Shown: piece by piece, positions 1 through 9,392 of the stretch
How the letters are laid out: each line of letters begins with the position of its first letter
Numbering within the stretch: position 1 is the stretch's first letter
From: Bacillota bacterium
GTDB lineage: Bacteria > Bacillota > Clostridia > TANB77 > CAG-508
Direction: 5' to 3'
Length of the DNA: 64,000 bases
Assembly: GCA_963929525.1 (NCBI GenBank)
Contig: CAWVJB010000011.1
Span: 4,762-68,761 of the forward strand
Program-made: the position numbers and the translations under genes
Notes under the pieces: generated by a model
The model's input: only the letters and a program-made list of their open reading frames with translations
Told to the model about the DNA's origin: nothing
Databases searched by the model: none

Positions 1-20
1 TAAAAAATAATATTGCACAG

Positions 21-134
21 AAAAATTGCGTAGCAATTTTTCGCGTCGACAAATCTTTACGCTTCTTCGAGAACTTAAATACATATAGTTAAATTAAAAA
101 AATAGAGAAAAGTTCTCGCAAAGCGAGATTTGTC
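21..134. repeat. Nested-hairpin intergenic repeat, family C copy 1, in the leader of the permease-UPRT gene
   Basis: Perfect hairpin aaaaattgc-gta-gcaattttt (21-41). Long-range pairing gacaaatct (48-56)/agatttgtc (126-134) and cgagaac (68-74)/gttctcg (112-118). The blocks tgcgtagca and gcgtcgaNaaatcttt recur in reverse orientation at 10301-10366. Confidence 0.5.
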
Positions 135-175
135 CTATCTAAACCCTTACTTAGAAAATAAAAGGAGGCGTTCTA

Positions 176-2209
176 ATGGAACAAACAAAAAAATTACTAT
201 TAGATGTAAATGAAAAGCCAACCATTGCAAAATGGATAATCCTTGCACTACAACATGTTTTTGCTATGTTTGGAGCAACCATTTTAGTTCCTATCATGGT
301 AAATACAGCTGCTGGTGAAACAGTTCTTACGATTCCAGTAGCATTAGTAACATCAGGAATTGGGACATTAATTTACATCTTATGTACAAAAGGAAGATCA
401 CCTGTATATTTAGGAAGTTCTTTTGCATTTATTGCACCACTAGCAGCAGCTTATGTAAAAGGTGGAATTTCAGGTGCCATGGTTGGTGTTATGGCAGTAG
501 GTCTTGTTTATGTCATTTTTGCAACTATTATTCATTTTATAGGAAAAAAATGGATAGACAAATTATTACCACCAGTTGTTATTGGGCCAATGATTATGAT
601 TATTGGTTTAAGTTTAGCACCAAATGCCATTTCTCAAATAGGACTTGGTACAGGAACACAAATTGATTGGAGATGTATCGGTGTTGCTTTAATTACTTTT
701 CTAACAACTGCCATAGTTATGGTTAGAGGAAAAGGATTCTTAAAAATTATTCCATTTCTAGTTGGAATTGTTGTGGGATATATTTCAGCAATTTGTTTTG
801 GATTGGTTGATTTTGCACCAGTATTAGAAGCTAGCTTCTTTAGTATGCCAAGCTTTGTAGTCCCATTTTTAAACTATACACCTAACTTTTCAGCATTATT
901 AACAATTGTACCAATTTCTTTGGTAACAATAGCTGAACATATAGGTGACCACACAGCATTAAGTAGCATTATTGGAAAAAATTTATTAAAAGATCCAGGA
1001 TTAGATAGAACTTTATTGGGGGATGGTTTAGCAACATTTGTTGCAGGATTTTTAGGAGGACCAGCAAATACCACTTATGGTGAAAACACATCTGTTGTAG
1101 GAATGACAAAAGTAGCATCTGTATGGGTTATTGGATTAGCAGCTATTATTGCTATCTGTTTAGGATTTTTAGGAAAATTCACTGCATTGGTATCAACGAT
1201 TCCTGATGCTGTTTTAGGTGGCGTATCTTTACTATTATATGGGTTTATTTCTGTCAATGGTTTAAAAGTACTAATTGAAAATAAAATTGATTTTGGAAAA
1301 TCTAAAAACATTGTTGTTGCATCTACTATGTTAGTACTAGGATTAGGAGGAGCAGCTATCTCTATTATTCATGGAGATTTATCTGTAACCATATCAGGAA
1401 TGAGTTTAGCAGCAATTATTGGTATCTTATTAAATTTATTATTACCAGATGAAAAAGAAGGTGCAGATAAAAAATCAGAAAATAAGAGTACAAAAGAGGC
1501 AGAAGAAAAAAACGAAAATGAAAAAGAAATCAGATATGAAAGCGAGGCAAATGTAGTGGAAGAGATAAAAAATGATGAAGAAAATCAAGTAACCGTATTA
1601 AATAATCCTTTAGTAGAACATAAGTTGTCTATTATCAGAAATAAAAATACAGGTACAAAAGAATTTAGAGAAATTATTGGAGAGATAGCCACACTATTAT
1701 GCTATCATGCATTAGAAGATGCAAAATTAAAAGAAATTGAAATTGAGACACCAATTTGTAAAACAAAGGCAAGAGTATTAGATGAAGACAATTATGCTTT
1801 TGTACCAATTTTAAGAGCAGGAACAGGTATGTTAGATGGATTATTAAAAATTGTACCAAATGCCAAAATAGGACATATTGGATTATATAGAAATGAAGAA
1901 ACTTTAGAGCCAGTACAATATTATTATAAAATGCCAAAAGATATTGCTAAAAGAGAAGCCATTATCTTAGATCCAATGCTTGCAACAGGAGGCTCAGCAG
2001 CAGATACGATTCAAATGCTAAAAAAAGACGGTGTTAAGAAAATTAAATTTTTATGTATCATTTCTGCACCAGAAGGAATTGAAAGATTAAAAAAAGAACA
2101 TCCAGATGTGAAAATTTATACAGCATGTATTGATGAAAAATTAAATGATAAAGGCTATATTGTACCAGGATTAGGGGATGCTGGAGACAGAATATTTGGA
2201 ACCAAATAA
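176..2209 (+). CDS. Fusion protein: uracil/xanthine permease (NCS2, UraA/PyrP-like) N-terminal domain plus uracil phosphoribosyltransferase (Upp) C-terminal domain
   Basis: 677-aa ORF with SD aaaggagg 8 nt upstream. Residues 1-430 are polytopic membrane protein with NCS2-like sequence (QHVFAMFGATILVP). An E/K-rich linker follows. Residues ~470-677 are UPRT-like (LRAGTGMLDG, ILDPMLATGGSA, GLGDAGDRIFGTK). Confidence 0.85.
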   Translation: MEQTKKLLLDVNEKPTIAKWIILALQHVFAMFGATILVPIMVNTAAGETVLTIPVALVTSGIGTLIYILCTKGRSPVYLGSSFAFIAPLAAAYVKGGISGAMVGVMAVGLVYVIFATIIHFIGKKWIDKLLPPVVIGPMIMIIGLSLAPNAISQIGLGTGTQIDWRCIGVALITFLTTAIVMVRGKGFLKIIPFLVGIVVGYISAICFGLVDFAPVLEASFFSMPSFVVPFLNYTPNFSALLTIVPISLVTIAEHIGDHTALSSIIGKNLLKDPGLDRTLLGDGLATFVAGFLGGPANTTYGENTSVVGMTKVASVWVIGLAAIIAICLGFLGKFTALVSTIPDAVLGGVSLLLYGFISVNGLKVLIENKIDFGKSKNIVVASTMLVLGLGGAAISIIHGDLSVTISGMSLAAIIGILLNLLLPDEKEGADKKSENKSTKEAEEKNENEKEIRYESEANVVEEIKNDEENQVTVLNNPLVEHKLSIIRNKNTGTKEFREIIGEIATLLCYHALEDAKLKEIEIETPICKTKARVLDEDNYAFVPILRAGTGMLDGLLKIVPNAKIGHIGLYRNEETLEPVQYYYKMPKDIAKREAIILDPMLATGGSAADTIQMLKKDGVKKIKFLCIISAPEGIERLKKEHPDVKIYTACIDEKLNDKGYIVPGLGDAGDRIFGTK

Positions 2210-2225
2210 AATATACATCGTCAAA

Positions 2226-2459
2226 TCCGATTCATGTACACAAGTGGAACGGTATTCATAAATTATTTATTACTCGGTTCAATACGATATTTAAGAATTT
2301 ATAATATAATTTTTTGAGCCTCTTTCACTCAGACCCTCACTACGTGAGTACCGTGAACATCCCTCAAAAAATTAAATAACAAATTCTAAAATATCTCCAA
2401 TCACATTCGTAATGAAATAATTTATGAATACCGTTCCACTTGTGTACATGAATCGGAAT
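2226..2459. repeat. Nested palindromic intergenic element (family E, single copy in the window)
   Basis: ~50-bp arms tccgattcatgtacacaagtggaacggtattcataaattattt (2226-2274) and their reverse complement (2409-2459). They enclose an inner stem ttttttgag/ctcaaaaaa and a central hairpin ctcac-tac-gtgag. Confidence 0.7.
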
Positions 2460-2525
2460 AGTACAAGATACCTAATAAAAATGAAAGAGACAAAAAGAAC
2501 ATAGTTCTGATTGCCTCTTTTTAAA

Positions 2526-2624
2526 CTATCTGTTATTATTATTTTGTCTTTCATTGTTGTTATTTTGATTATTTGAATTATTGTTATTATTGTTATTTTT
2601 GTTTTCTTTATTTTTCTTACTCAT
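2526..2624 (-). CDS. Small Asn-rich hypothetical protein (32 aa: MSKKNKENKNNNNNNNSNNQNNNNERQNNNNR)
   Basis: ATG preceded by the strong SD ggaggtg at 7-8 nt. The ORF was found by hand. Its low-complexity composition makes coding status uncertain. Confidence 0.3.
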   Translation of the reverse strand: MSKKNKENKNNNNNNNSNNQNNNNERQNNNNR

Positions 2625-2760
2625 ATACAAAGCACCTCCTCAAAGTATATTACTATTTTGTACGAATCTTTAAAAAAATATTCACCCATAATTTGTTTTT
2701 TTTATATAATTGATATATAATAACGAATATATAAAAGATTTATCTTGTTGTATAAAAAAT

Positions 2761-2789
2761 TTACATGACAGAAATCATTTTTCTATACA
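2761..2789 (+). promoter_or_regulatory. Candidate sigma-A promoter of murD (-35 ttacat, 17-nt spacer, -10 tataca/tacaat)
   Basis: Sequence read directly. It lies ~50 nt upstream of the murD ATG. The -10 region is part of the ttgttgtata...ctatacaa palindrome also seen upstream of secA. Confidence 0.35.
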
Positions 2790-2840
2790 ATCAAAAGAGT
2801 AATATCATAAATAATAATATTAAAATTGGAGGCTTGACAA

Positions 2841-4253
2841 ATGGGTTATAACAATGAAAAATTAAATGAATTCAACGATTACATAAGATACAGAAAAGTG
2901 GCTATAATAGGATTAGGAGTTAGCAATTTACCACTTTTAGATTATTTATATGATAAAAAAGCAAATGTAACAATATTTGATGAAAGAGAATATAATCAAA
3001 TTCCTAGAGATATTGTTGAAAAAATTACCAATTATGGATTTATGATACATTTTGGAAAAGATTGTTTGCAAGAACTAAAAAATTTTAATGTCATTTTTCG
3101 TTCTCCTAGTTGTTTACCAACGAAACCAGAATTAGTAGAAGAAGCAAATAGAGGAGCATTGGTAACAACAGAAGTAGAATTATTAATGCAAATGTGTCCA
3201 GCAAAAGTAATTGGTATAACCGGAAGTGATGGTAAAACGACAACAACCAGTTTAATCAATCATATTTTGGAAAGAGCAGGATATAGAACATTTCTAGGAG
3301 GAAATATTGGAACTCCATTATTTACAAAACTATCAGAAATGACACCTGAGGATATCGTTGTATTAGAATTAAGTAGTTTTCAATTAATGGGAATGGAAGT
3401 CAGTCCACAAATTGCTGTTATTACTAATATAACACCAAATCATTTAAATATTCATAAAGATTATCAAGAATATATTGATGCTAAGAAAAATATTTTCAAA
3501 TATCAAGATGAAAATGGAATTTTAGTTTTAAATTATGATAATGAAATTACAAGAGAATGTGCAAAAGAAGCAAATGGAAAAGTAATCTTTTTTAGCAGCC
3601 AAGCCAAATTAGATAATGGATATATTGTTGACGAAGATGTGATAAAAGAATGTGATGATAAAGTTAGAAAACACATTTTAAATACAGAGGATGTCATTTT
3701 AAGAGGAAACCATAATTATCAAAATATAGCCACAGCTATTGCTGCAACAGCAAGTTTAGTAGATATAGAAACTGCCGTAAAAGCAATTAAAGAGTTCAAA
3801 CCAGTAGAACATAGAATTGAGTTTGTAGAAGAAATCGATGGGGTAAAATGGTATAATGATTCTGCAAGTTCTTCGCCTTCTAGGACTTTATCTGGATTAA
3901 ATGCTTTTAAAGAAAAGATTGTTTTGATTGCAGGTGGATATGACAAAAATTTAGATTATACACCTCTTGCAAAACCAATTATTGACAAAGTAAAAGCTTT
4001 AATTTTAATTGGTCAAACAGCTGGAAAAATTTATGATGCTGTAAAAGAAGAATTGGAAAAAGAAAATAAAAATTTAAATATTTATATGTGTGAAACCTTA
4101 GAAGAAACAATTCCAATTGCAAAAAAGAATGCCAAAAGTGGAGATGTTGTTCTATTTTCTCCTGCTAGTGCAAGTTTTGATATGTTTAAAAATTTTGCAG
4201 ATAGGGGAAATCAATTTAAAAATTTGGTAAGAAATTTAAAAGAGAGAGGCTAA
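2841..4253 (+). CDS. murD: UDP-N-acetylmuramoylalanine--D-glutamate ligase
   Basis: 470 aa. Rossmann-like N-terminus (VAIIGLGVSN), Mur ligase P-loop GITGSDGKTTTTSLI, and HRIEFV...WYNDS motifs. SD ggagg upstream. Confidence 0.85.
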   Translation: MGYNNEKLNEFNDYIRYRKVAIIGLGVSNLPLLDYLYDKKANVTIFDEREYNQIPRDIVEKITNYGFMIHFGKDCLQELKNFNVIFRSPSCLPTKPELVEEANRGALVTTEVELLMQMCPAKVIGITGSDGKTTTTSLINHILERAGYRTFLGGNIGTPLFTKLSEMTPEDIVVLELSSFQLMGMEVSPQIAVITNITPNHLNIHKDYQEYIDAKKNIFKYQDENGILVLNYDNEITRECAKEANGKVIFFSSQAKLDNGYIVDEDVIKECDDKVRKHILNTEDVILRGNHNYQNIATAIAATASLVDIETAVKAIKEFKPVEHRIEFVEEIDGVKWYNDSASSSPSRTLSGLNAFKEKIVLIAGGYDKNLDYTPLAKPIIDKVKALILIGQTAGKIYDAVKEELEKENKNLNIYMCETLEETIPIAKKNAKSGDVVLFSPASASFDMFKNFADRGNQFKNLVRNLKERG

Positions 4254-4552
4254 ACATGATTAAATATATTCAAAAACAACTAGAAAATCATAAAGTTTTT
4301 GGAAGTAGATTTGTATATATAGAGAAGAAATTAGGCGACCTAAGAACTAGGTCGCCTTCTTCTGCTGGCTATTAATCACGCTGCAGAAGATACTTCTCAG
4401 CCTCTTCTACAATCTTCTTTTTTTCAAGAGTTAAATGATCACTCTTTGCACTAAACAGAATTATACCATAAAGTTATAAAAAAGTTAAATATCATGCACC
4501 TTTTAAAAGTTATCAACATATGTTGTATAAAATAAATAAGGAGGAATTAGAA

Positions 4553-5164
4553 ATGTATGATAAGCAATATGAAGAGTACATAAGAAGTGTTTTAGGATAT
4601 CCATCTACAAGAGATATAAACCAAAACTATATAAGGCAAAATCAAATGTATCAGACAGAATATCCAAATCCATCACAAACACGCATGAAAAGCGATTTAG
4701 AAGAATGTTATCCTGAGATATACAAAATTATATATCCGATGGTTCAAAAAGCCTGTGACAGAAATATAAATGCAAATAGCAGAGAAGAAATTGAACAAAT
4801 GACAGATGAAATTTATGAAGCTATAGAAGATAACAATCAGATTAATGTCAATATTAATTTGGGAAATACAGTCTCTACAACCAATTCTAATACTCAAAAT
4901 CGAAATGAAATACATAAAGAAGATGTTCAAAAGAAAAGTTCTGAAAAACAAGAAGTAGAAAATAGAAATGTAAATACAGAAAATAAAAGAAGTCCTAGAA
5001 ATAATAATTTGAGAGATTTGATAAAAATATTGTTAATTAGAGAATTATTAGGAAGACCTCATAACCATTTTCCACCAAGACCACCACATACTCCACGTCC
5101 ACCAATGAGATCGCCAATTATGCCTAGAAATTATCAACCTTTATATGATATCTATGAATACTAA
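4553..5164 (+). CDS. Hypothetical protein with a Q/N-rich middle and a Pro-rich C-terminus (PPRPPHTPRPPMRSPIMPRNYQP); possibly a spore-coat-like structural protein
   Basis: Start moved to the ATG at 4553, which has SD aaggagg 7 nt upstream. No family recognised. Confidence 0.55.
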   Translation: MYDKQYEEYIRSVLGYPSTRDINQNYIRQNQMYQTEYPNPSQTRMKSDLEECYPEIYKIIYPMVQKACDRNINANSREEIEQMTDEIYEAIEDNNQINVNINLGNTVSTTNSNTQNRNEIHKEDVQKKSSEKQEVENRNVNTENKRSPRNNNLRDLIKILLIRELLGRPHNHFPPRPPHTPRPPMRSPIMPRNYQPLYDIYEY

Positions 5165-5517
5165 AAAAATAAACTTGTTGTATAGTAAAAGTTTAAATAT
5201 GTAAAAAAGTTAAATTTCTTGCACAATAAAAATGAATATTTTACCATTTTTTCAAAATAAAAACAGGATAACAGAACAATAGCGAGCTTTTTTTAATATT
5301 TTCTCTGTTCTTAACATTTTAAAGCCCGCGTTATTGTTTGTGCGCCAAATTTTACATTAGTAAAAGTTGAAATACTTAAAGTTTCATATTGTTTCCTATT
5401 ACAATGAAAAATCTTTATATATAAATGAAAGATGCTTTTTAATAATATAAATAATTGAATAAAAATTTAAAAAATGCAGAAAATAAACATGAGAAATTTT
5501 GAAAGGTGGTAAGAATA

Positions 5518-5964
5518 ATGAAGGTAAAAGATTGTATGTGTACAGACGTTTGCTGTGTGAAACCAGAAACAACGATATGTGAAGTTGCAAAATTAATGAG
5601 TCAAAATCATATTGGTTCTATACCAGTTTGTGATGCAAATAATTGTTTATGTGGTATTGTTACAGATAGGGATATTATATTAAGATCAATTGCTTGTGAT
5701 AAAGATGTAAAGACAACACCTATCAGTGATATCATGTCAACAAATGTATGTACTTGTGAAGAAAATGAAGACATGTCAAATGCAGAAAATAAAATGGGAA
5801 CAAACAAAGTAAGAAGATTACCTGTTTGTGATAGCAATAAAAAAGTTGTTGGAATATTAACATTAGGAGATATTGCACAAAATAGAGCAAAATTAGATGA
5901 TAGAGAAATTTGTATTACATTTGAAGATGTTTGTGATTGTGATACAAATAAAAATGCAGAGTAA
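5518..5964 (+). CDS. CBS-domain pair protein, unusually Cys-rich (15 Cys in 148 aa)
   Basis: Tandem CBS signatures (HIGSIPVCD...GIVTDRDI; VRRLPVCD...VGILTLGDI). ATG at 5518 with SD aaaggtgg. Confidence 0.8.
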   Translation: MKVKDCMCTDVCCVKPETTICEVAKLMSQNHIGSIPVCDANNCLCGIVTDRDIILRSIACDKDVKTTPISDIMSTNVCTCEENEDMSNAENKMGTNKVRRLPVCDSNKKVVGILTLGDIAQNRAKLDDREICITFEDVCDCDTNKNAE

Positions 5965-6316
5965 GATAATTTTACGAATAAAATAACATTTGTTAAGCCA
6001 AGTTCTTATATTATTATATGTATAAATGGAAGAATACTATAAATTCTTGCAATATTGATTAGGAGAATCTCAAACTTGTTTTGAGAGGTGCCTAATTGAT
6101 ATTGTTAGAATTTATTTATTTTGCAATACTAGCCATATAATACATAAAAATATAATATAAGAACCTGGCTTGTAGTTAAGTATATTAATTTTAGAAGATA
6201 CATATAATAATAAAGTATCAATAAGAAAATTATTACAGTAAAATTGGTTAACCCTTTATAGTGAAATATAGTGAAAAAAATTTCATCTTTTACTGAAATA
6301 AAAAGGGAGGGGAGAG

Positions 6317-7414
6317 ATGATTGTAAACATACCATATTGGACAAGAGTATTCAAAAATATCATATATGTTTTATTACTAATATTAGGTTTGTATTTGGCA
6401 TTAAAATTATCGATTTTTTATATGCCTTTTTTAGTAGCATTCATTATTTCACTCATCATTGAACCTCTCATAAAAATGATTATGAGAAAAACAAAGCTAA
6501 CAAGAAGGACTAGCTCCATTATTATTTTCATTCTCGTATCTGCTATAATTTTAGGAATATTAGCTTGGATTATTGTCACATTATTTTCAGAGTCATCCAG
6601 TTTATTACAAGGATTAAATGACTATGTAGATAAAGCATCTGTTCAAATACAAGGATTTATTGAACAATTTCATTTTGATAAAATAAAATTGTCAGATGAA
6701 ATATTAAATATTGTTCAAGAATCCAGTGGAGATGTTTTACAAACCATTTCTAATTGGTTAAGAAATGCACTAAATGGATTAATAAATATTGTTACAAAAA
6801 TACCTGAAATAGCCATATGTGTTGGAATTACAATATTAGCATTATATTTCATTTGTGTTGACAAGATATATATTTTAGATCAAATAGAATATCACTTACC
6901 AAAAACATGGGTAAAAAAATTGAGTACACATTTAAAAGATCTAATTCAAACGTTAGGAGGCTATTTAAAAGCAGAAGCCACATTGATTCTAGTATCATTT
7001 GTAATTTCTCTGGTGGGGCTATATGTATTATCTTTTTTAAAATTTAATATTCCATATCCTTTATTAATGGCATTATTTATCGGCTTTGTTGATGCACTTC
7101 CAATTTTAGGTTCTGGTACAGTTATGATTCCATGGGCGATTATTTCTGGACTAAATGGTGATTTATCTTTAGGAATCGCAATTGTTACTCTGTTTATTAT
7201 TATGTCTATTGTCAGACAATTCTTAGAGCCAAAGTTAGTTAGTAAAAATATAGGTGTTCATCCAATTTTTACTTTAATTGCTATGTATACTGGATTTAAA
7301 ATAACAGGGATTATTGGGTTATTATTAGGGCCAATTGCTCTAATTATTATTAAAAATATATTTGCGAATTTAATTGATCAAGGCGTATTTAAAACTATTT
7401 TTGACAAACGATGA
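6317..7414 (+). CDS. ytvI: Sporulation integral membrane protein YtvI / AI-2E (PerM, UPF0118) family transporter
   Basis: 365 aa, ~8 TM segments, family-typical C-terminal half (GFVDALPILGSGTVMIPW...RQFLEPKLVS). SD gggagggg. Confidence 0.7.
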   Translation: MIVNIPYWTRVFKNIIYVLLLILGLYLALKLSIFYMPFLVAFIISLIIEPLIKMIMRKTKLTRRTSSIIIFILVSAIILGILAWIIVTLFSESSSLLQGLNDYVDKASVQIQGFIEQFHFDKIKLSDEILNIVQESSGDVLQTISNWLRNALNGLINIVTKIPEIAICVGITILALYFICVDKIYILDQIEYHLPKTWVKKLSTHLKDLIQTLGGYLKAEATLILVSFVISLVGLYVLSFLKFNIPYPLLMALFIGFVDALPILGSGTVMIPWAIISGLNGDLSLGIAIVTLFIIMSIVRQFLEPKLVSKNIGVHPIFTLIAMYTGFKITGIIGLLLGPIALIIIKNIFANLIDQGVFKTIFDKR

Positions 7415-7524
7415 ATTTGGGGACGGAGCAAAAAATCATCATTTATTTAAAAAAATCAAAAATTAATGAAATTTTATTAAATGATGATTTTTTGCTCCGT
7501 CCCCAAATTCACCAAATTCATCGT
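7409..7524. repeat. Palindromic hairpin repeat, family A copy 1
   Basis: Arms ttggggacggagcaaaaaatcatcattta / taaatgatgattttttgctccgtccccaa, with outer pairing acgatgaattt/aaattcatcgt. The same core occurs at 10076-10238. The ytvI stop codon (7412-7414) lies in the outer stem. Confidence 0.8.
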
Positions 7525-7530
7525 TTCACT

Positions 7531-9069
7531 TTATTCCCATTCAATTGTTGCAGGTGGTTTTGAAGTAATATCATAAACAACTCTGTTAACATGTTTTACT
7601 TCATTTACAATTCTAGATGAAACTTTTTCTAGTATTTCATAAGGAATTTTGCTCCAAACGCCTGTCATGAAATCTGTTGTTTCTACTGCACGTAAGGCAA
7701 TGGTGTAATCATAAGTTCTTTCATCACCCATAACACCAACAGATTTTAAGTTTGTTAGTACGGCAAAGTATTGATTAATAGATTTATGAAGTCCAGCATT
7801 TGCAATCTCTTCTCTAAAAATGCTGTCTGCTTCTTTTAAAATATCTAATTTGTCATCAGTAATATCTCCAATTACTCTGATAGCTAGTCCAGGTCCAGGG
7901 AATGGTTGTCTAAATACTAAGTTTTCTGGTATTCCTAATTCTAATCCTGTTTTTCTAACTTCATCTTTAAACAGATTTCTTAAAGGTTCTACTATTTCTT
8001 TAAAATCTACATAGTCTGGAAGACCACCAACATTATGATGACTTTTAATAACAGAACTTTTTCCTAAGCCACTTTCAATTACGTCAGGGTAAATAGTACC
8101 TTGTACTAAGAAGTCCACGGTTCCGATTTTTTTAGCTTCTTCTTCAAAAACTCTAATAAACTCTTCTCCAATAATTTTTCTCTTTCTTTCTGGATCTGTA
8201 ACTCCAGCAAGTTTTTCTAAGAATCTATCTTTTGCATTGACTCTAATTAAATTAATATCAAATTGATTTCTGAAAACTTCTTCAACTTCATCACCTTCGT
8301 TTTTACGAAGTAATCCATGGTCAACAAAGATACAGGTTAAGTTTTTACCGATTGCTTTATGTAATAATACAGCAGCAACAGAAGAATCCACACCACCAGA
8401 TAAGGCACATAAAGCTTTTTTATCTCCAATTTTTTCTTTTAATGTTTTAATGCTATCTTCTACAAAAGAAGAAATTTGCCAATCTCCAGAACAACTGCAA
8501 ATGTTAAATAAGAAGTTTTTAATCACTTGTGTCCCATTAACAGATAAATTTACTTCTGGATGGAATTGAATCCCATATAGTTTTTTCTCTGCATTTTCCA
8601 TTGCAGCATTTGGGCAGTGGTCTGTTGAACCAATATTTTTAAAACCATTTGGTACTTCAGATACAAAATCTGTATGACTCATTAAGAAATCATTTGTTGT
8701 TTCAAATCCTTGGAATAGGGAAGAGGTGTTATCAATATTTACCTTTGTTGTTCCATATTCTCTTGTATTTGCTCTTGATACAGTTCCTCCTAAAGTATAG
8801 GTCATTAATTGCATACCATAACAAATTCCCAAAACAGGAATACCTAAATCAAAAATGCCTTCTGCACATTTAGGAGAATCTTCTCCATAAACACTAGCAG
8901 GTCCACCTGTGAAGATAATTCCTTTTGGATTTTTTTCTTTAATTTTTTCGATAGAAATGTTGTATGGTACAACTTCAGAATATACATTGCATTCTCTAAC
9001 TCTTCTTGCAATTAATTGATTATATTGTCCGCCAAAGTCTAAGATTAAAATTAATTCATTTTCTTTCAT
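7531..9069 (-). CDS. guaA: GMP synthase (glutamine-hydrolysing)
   Basis: Start at [26 protein letters not shown] (SD ggaggt). Has the GATase CYGMQ motif, the ATP-PPase SGGVDSS motif and the canonical C-terminus PPATIEWE. Confidence 0.95.
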   Translation of the reverse strand: MKENELILILDFGGQYNQLIARRVRECNVYSEVVPYNISIEKIKEKNPKGIIFTGGPASVYGEDSPKCAEGIFDLGIPVLGICYGMQLMTYTLGGTVSRANTREYGTTKVNIDNTSSLFQGFETTNDFLMSHTDFVSEVPNGFKNIGSTDHCPNAAMENAEKKLYGIQFHPEVNLSVNGTQVIKNFLFNICSCSGDWQISSFVEDSIKTLKEKIGDKKALCALSGGVDSSVAAVLLHKAIGKNLTCIFVDHGLLRKNEGDEVEEVFRNQFDINLIRVNAKDRFLEKLAGVTDPERKRKIIGEEFIRVFEEEAKKIGTVDFLVQGTIYPDVIESGLGKSSVIKSHHNVGGLPDYVDFKEIVEPLRNLFKDEVRKTGLELGIPENLVFRQPFPGPGLAIRVIGDITDDKLDILKEADSIFREEIANAGLHKSINQYFAVLTNLKSVGVMGDERTYDYTIALRAVETTDFMTGVWSKIPYEILEKVSSRIVNEVKHVNRVVYDITSKPPATIEWE

Positions 9070-9155
9070 ATTTACCTCCGAAATTAAAATCATATACATA
9101 TGATATCACAATTTGTCGATAAAGTAAATAAAAACCTAATATATAGGAGAAAAAC

Positions 9156-9392
9156 GTAACAATTCAGACATAATCATCGTAAGGAAGGTGGGATATATTA
9201 TATTTTTAAGATTCTCGGCTACCCTTCGATTCCCATTTAAGAAATTCTAAAGCAAAAACTACAACAATACCCGGAGACGGGACCTTTTATAGTTTTTGCT
9301 CAAGAATTTCTAAAATTACTCCGGTCGCATTCGAATTCTTAAAAATATAATATATCCCACCTTCCTTACGATGATTATGTCTGAATTGTTAC
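9156..9392 (-). repeat. Large structured palindromic element, family B copy 1 (237 bp; inverted relative to copies 2 and 3)
   Basis: 55-bp perfect outer stem (gtaacaattcagacataatcatcgtaaggaaggtgggatatattatatttttaag and its exact reverse complement). It encloses a conserved asymmetric core (gattctcggctaccc ... cccggagacggg ... ccggtcgcattcgaattc) shared with 44757-44987 and 47858-48061. Confidence 0.85.

Noticed and set aside
1-175. PyrR binding loop / pyrimidine attenuator upstream of the uracil permease-UPRT gene
   Set aside because: The PyrR consensus (UCCAGAGAGG) is absent. The hairpins present belong to repeat family C.
382-1937. Track ORFs 382-666(+), 874-1074(-), 1075-1311(-) and 1674-1937(-) overlapping the permease-UPRT gene
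   Set aside because: They are alternative-frame or antisense ORFs within a strongly supported CDS, with no family resemblance.
2372-2554. 60-aa minus-strand ORF
   Set aside because: It runs through the arm of the family E palindrome and overlaps, in another frame, the better-supported 32-aa ORF that has a strong SD.
4257-4440. Short ORF MIKYIQKQLENHKVFGSRFVYIEKKLGDLRTRSPSSAGY* after murD, and a minus-strand C-terminal-looking fragment (...LEKKKIVEEAEKYLLQRD*)
   Set aside because: Both run through the hairpin at 4333-4357, lack convincing SDs and are too short to assign. They are probably remnants, so they are not reported as features.
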